From NCBI GenBank assembly GCA_946403545.1, contig CAMJAG010000002.1, forward strand, positions 4,600 to 68,599: DNA of 64,000 nt. Direction: 5' to 3'. Position numbers and translations under genes: made by a program. This document shows, in pieces, positions 61,877 through 64,000 of the stretch. Positions within the stretch are counted from its first letter, which is position 1, and each line of letters starts with the position of its first letter. The DNA is from an uncultured Bacillales bacterium. GTDB lineage: Bacteria > Bacillota_I > Bacilli_A > RFN20 > CAG-826. The notes beneath the pieces were generated by a model. That model did no database searches, was not told the origin of the DNA, and saw only the letters and a program-made list of their open reading frames with translations.

Positions 61877-62523
61877 AATACGTATTATTTGATTTAGATG
61901 GCACTATCATCGACACATTAGAAGGACTAAAATGCGCGGTAAATTACGCTTTAAGTCAGTATAGCTACCCTTTAAGAACATTAAACGAAATAAGATTGTT
62001 TATCGGAAACGGAGTCCAAAAATTATTGGAAAGAAGTTTTCCTGATGGAACAAGCAAAGAAGATCTAGAAAATGCATTTAACCTATTTAAAGATTATTAC
62101 GAAAAGCATTTTATAGACCAATCTACACCTTATAAAGGTATGTTTGAAATGCTAACTAGATTAAAAGAAAAATACACATTAGCAGTCGTTTCAAACAAGA
62201 ATGACCCGTTTGCAAAAGAGCTTGTTGAACACTATTACCCAAAGATATTTACAGTTATCCAAGGAACATATAACGACAAACCTAAGAAACCAGATCCATA
62301 TATAGTAAATAAATGTTTAGAACAATTGGGCGCTAAAAAGGAAGAATGTCTCTTTGTTGGAGATACTCCAGTAGATGTTCAAACCGCTATTAATTCTTCT
62401 CTAAGAAGAGTTGTGGTTACTTACGGATTCAGGAGTAAAGAAGAATTAATAAAAAGTGTACCAAACGAAGATTTCGTTGATACGATTGAAGAACTTGAGA
62501 AAAAAATAATGCTGACTCTTTAA
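61873..62523 (+). CDS. HAD-superfamily phosphatase (phosphoglycolate phosphatase-like)
   Basis: 216 aa with FDLDGT, SNK and GDTPVD motifs. ATGA overlap with the sirtuin gene. Confidence 0.75.
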   Translation: MKYVLFDLDGTIIDTLEGLKCAVNYALSQYSYPLRTLNEIRLFIGNGVQKLLERSFPDGTSKEDLENAFNLFKDYYEKHFIDQSTPYKGMFEMLTRLKEKYTLAVVSNKNDPFAKELVEHYYPKIFTVIQGTYNDKPKKPDPYIVNKCLEQLGAKKEECLFVGDTPVDVQTAINSSLRRVVVTYGFRSKEELIKSVPNEDFVDTIEELEKKIMLTL

Positions 62524-62531
62524 GAATCAGC
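62511..62531. terminator. weak bidirectional hairpin between convergent genes
   Basis: GCTGACTC-TTTAA-GAATCAGC with one mismatch, followed by ATTTTCTTT. It overlaps the HAD stop codon. Confidence 0.3.
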
Positions 62532-62538
62532 ATTTTCT

Positions 62539-63045
62539 TTAAACTTTTTTAGCTCTTTCGTTTAAGAACTCTTTTATTTTATCTCGATCAACATTATATA
62601 CAATTGCGCTTTCATCAAGAATGACGTTTGAAGCGTAAGTCAACATATCTAAATCAACAGGTCCTAATCTAATTTCTCTATTTTCTTCATCCATTTGTTC
62701 ATAGAAGAACAATTGAATTGCTAAGTAAGCGAATTCTTTAATATCACCAGAAGCTAGTTTTCTCTTATAACCATCTCTTCTTTGTTTGGTGTTACTATTG
62801 AAATCCTTTTTTATTGTCTTTGCGTAAGCTAAAAGTTCATCGGCTTCTTTTTCGCTCATTAAGTGTCTAATGATAGCGTTTGCTCTATCTTTTGGAACAT
62901 AGATTGTTTCACCACTACCACGTTTTACTTTCACGAGAAAATATTCATTATCGCCCATAACTTTGGTGTCAACAATAGTTGCTAAACCTTCGCGACAATG
63001 CATCACGAGGTCGTTCAACTTGAAATCTGTATCATTTATGCTCAT
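62539..63045 (-). CDS. CarD/CdnL-family RNA-polymerase-interacting domain protein
   Basis: FKLNDLVMHCREGLATIVD...EYFLVKV...ETIYVPKDRANAIIRHLMSEKEADELL fits the CarD_CdnL_TRCF N-domain. The track start at 63087 is a GTG. I prefer ATG 63043-63045, but the start is uncertain. Confidence 0.5.
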   Translation of the reverse strand: MSINDTDFKLNDLVMHCREGLATIVDTKVMGDNEYFLVKVKRGSGETIYVPKDRANAIIRHLMSEKEADELLAYAKTIKKDFNSNTKQRRDGYKRKLASGDIKEFAYLAIQLFFYEQMDEENREIRLGPVDLDMLTYASNVILDESAIVYNVDRDKIKEFLNERAKKV

Positions 63046-63259
63046 GACAATATTATGCCACTTTTTGTTAATTTTGACAAAACTCACAACTTTTTAGTCT
63101 TACAAAAATCTAACAATAATCAATAAACGAGATGCTTTCATATCAAAATTACCAGTTTTAAATTTATTCAAACTAGTTCAAAAAATTATAAACAAATTCT
63201 TTTAAGTATTTGTTAATAAATTGCCATTACTGTTTTACAATATTATTAAGAGGTAGCAG

Positions 63260-64000
63260 ATGAACATCAACGGTTACATCAAGAAATACGGAAACAAAAC
63301 ATTTAAGGAAATGCCATTCAATAGCATCGATTCTTTAATATTGTGTCAACTCTGCTACATGAACCTTGAAAAATGTGGTCCTACAATTGATGAGATTAAC
63401 AAACATCCAGTCAAAATTAAGAACTTGTTAATCAAGGATGTTAAACATTTCTACTCAAGCACTGTTACTCCAAATCCAATGAAAGTGATGGTTGGATTAT
63501 TAATTAAGTCCAAAAGATTTGGAAATATATACTTTGGATACAGTCAAAATCATTTCGATGAGAAAAATGTAGTTCAATTCTTTGCTACTTCTTTCTTCTT
63601 GCCAGATGGAAATATCTACATTGCTTATAGAGGCACTGATACGACGCTTTTGGGTTGGAAAGAAGACTTCCTAATTACATATATGGATGAGATTGTCTCT
63701 CAAAAGATGGCGGTTGAATACGCGAAAAGGATTATGGATTCTTTCCCAAAACCTGTTTATCTTGGCGGTCATAGTAAAGGCGGAAACCTTGCAATGTACA
63801 CTCTTTTAAAGATTGGCGAACAATATGAAGACAGGGTTTTAAAAGTGTTTTCATACGATGGACCAGGATTTAGATGCGGTAAAAGAGGTTTTAACTCCTA
63901 CAGTAGAGTTGCCGATAAATTTGACAAATATATTACTCAAAACGATTTAATTGGAATGGTCTACATTATGGTAGATACCACTAAAATTGTTAAATCAAAT
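63260..64000 (+). CDS. DUF2974 (Mbeg1-like) alpha/beta-hydrolase-fold protein, N-terminal part (runs off the window end)
   Basis: Absent from the ORF track because it is open at the window edge. ATG at 63260 with RBS AAGAGG. The translation MNINGYIKKYGNKTFKEMPFNSIDSLILCQLCYMNLE ... YIAYRGTDTTLLGWKEDF ... LGGHSKGGNLA (GxSxG elbow) matches my memory of DUF2974. Confidence 0.6.
   Translation, partial: MNINGYIKKYGNKTFKEMPFNSIDSLILCQLCYMNLEKCGPTIDEINKHPVKIKNLLIKDVKHFYSSTVTPNPMKVMVGLLIKSKRFGNIYFGYSQNHFDEKNVVQFFATSFFLPDGNIYIAYRGTDTTLLGWKEDFLITYMDEIVSQKMAVEYAKRIMDSFPKPVYLGGHSKGGNLAMYTLLKIGEQYEDRVLKVFSYDGPGFRCGKRGFNSYSRVADKFDKYITQNDLIGMVYIMVDTTKIVKSN

Noticed and set aside
63221-63249. TTGCCA-17-TATTAA as the promoter of the DUF2974-like gene
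   Set aside because: The -10 would overlap the RBS (AAGAGG, 63248-63253), so transcription would start at or after the RBS. A promoter further upstream is more likely, but I could not identify one confidently.
1-64000. CRISPR arrays, rRNA genes, IS elements, prophage or toxin-antitoxin modules
   Set aside because: Reading both strands found no regularly spaced short direct repeats, no rRNA-like conserved stretches, no transposase-like ORFs and no small overlapping two-gene cassettes typical of TA systems.

Overview
AT-rich chromosomal segment that uses the standard genetic code: long ORFs stay intact with TGA as stop. Gene content and order look like a low-GC Bacillota or Mollicutes-type organism, possibly a wall-less Acholeplasma/Anaeroplasma-like anaerobe. 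That placement is inferred from the many lipobox lipoproteins, C-terminal TM anchors with no LPXTG, plsX-acpP without fab genes, and a pyruvate:ferredoxin oxidoreductase. About 90 percent of the coding sequence is on the minus strand.

Housekeeping backbone: whiA(partial)-trxB-ppaX-like-lgt-uvrA, nifJ, tRNA-Lys(CUU), tuf-fusA-rpsG-rpsL, acpP-plsX, rpoC-rpoB-methyltransferase-rplL-rplJ-rplA-rplK, ktrB-ktrA on the plus strand, nusG-secE-rpmG, a FolT-like gene with folC and smpB, a sirtuin, a HAD phosphatase, a CarD-like gene and a partial DUF2974-like gene.

Two accessory blocks interrupt this backbone:
(1) A tightly packed 10-gene, ~14.9 kb operon downstream of tuf (12095-26964). It encodes a 5'-nucleotidase lipoprotein, two paralogous RDD-like membrane proteins, a CUT1-type ABC importer whose ATPase carries a ~125 aa insertion, a staphylococcal-nuclease-domain lipoprotein, a small 2-TM protein and a 981 aa Big_2/OB-fold lipoprotein. 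I read this as an expanded surface system for nucleic-acid capture, degradation and uptake. It is the best candidate for a poorly described system in this window.
(2) A ~11.3 kb block (32925-44176) wedged between rpoC and the plsX-acpP/rpsL units. It holds three membrane-tethered GH3 glycosidases with permuted domain order and a CBM-like lipoprotein.

I also located several Rho-independent terminators, sigma70-type promoters, candidate operator palindromes and ribosomal-protein leaders by eye. No CRISPR array, transposase, integrase or rRNA gene was seen.
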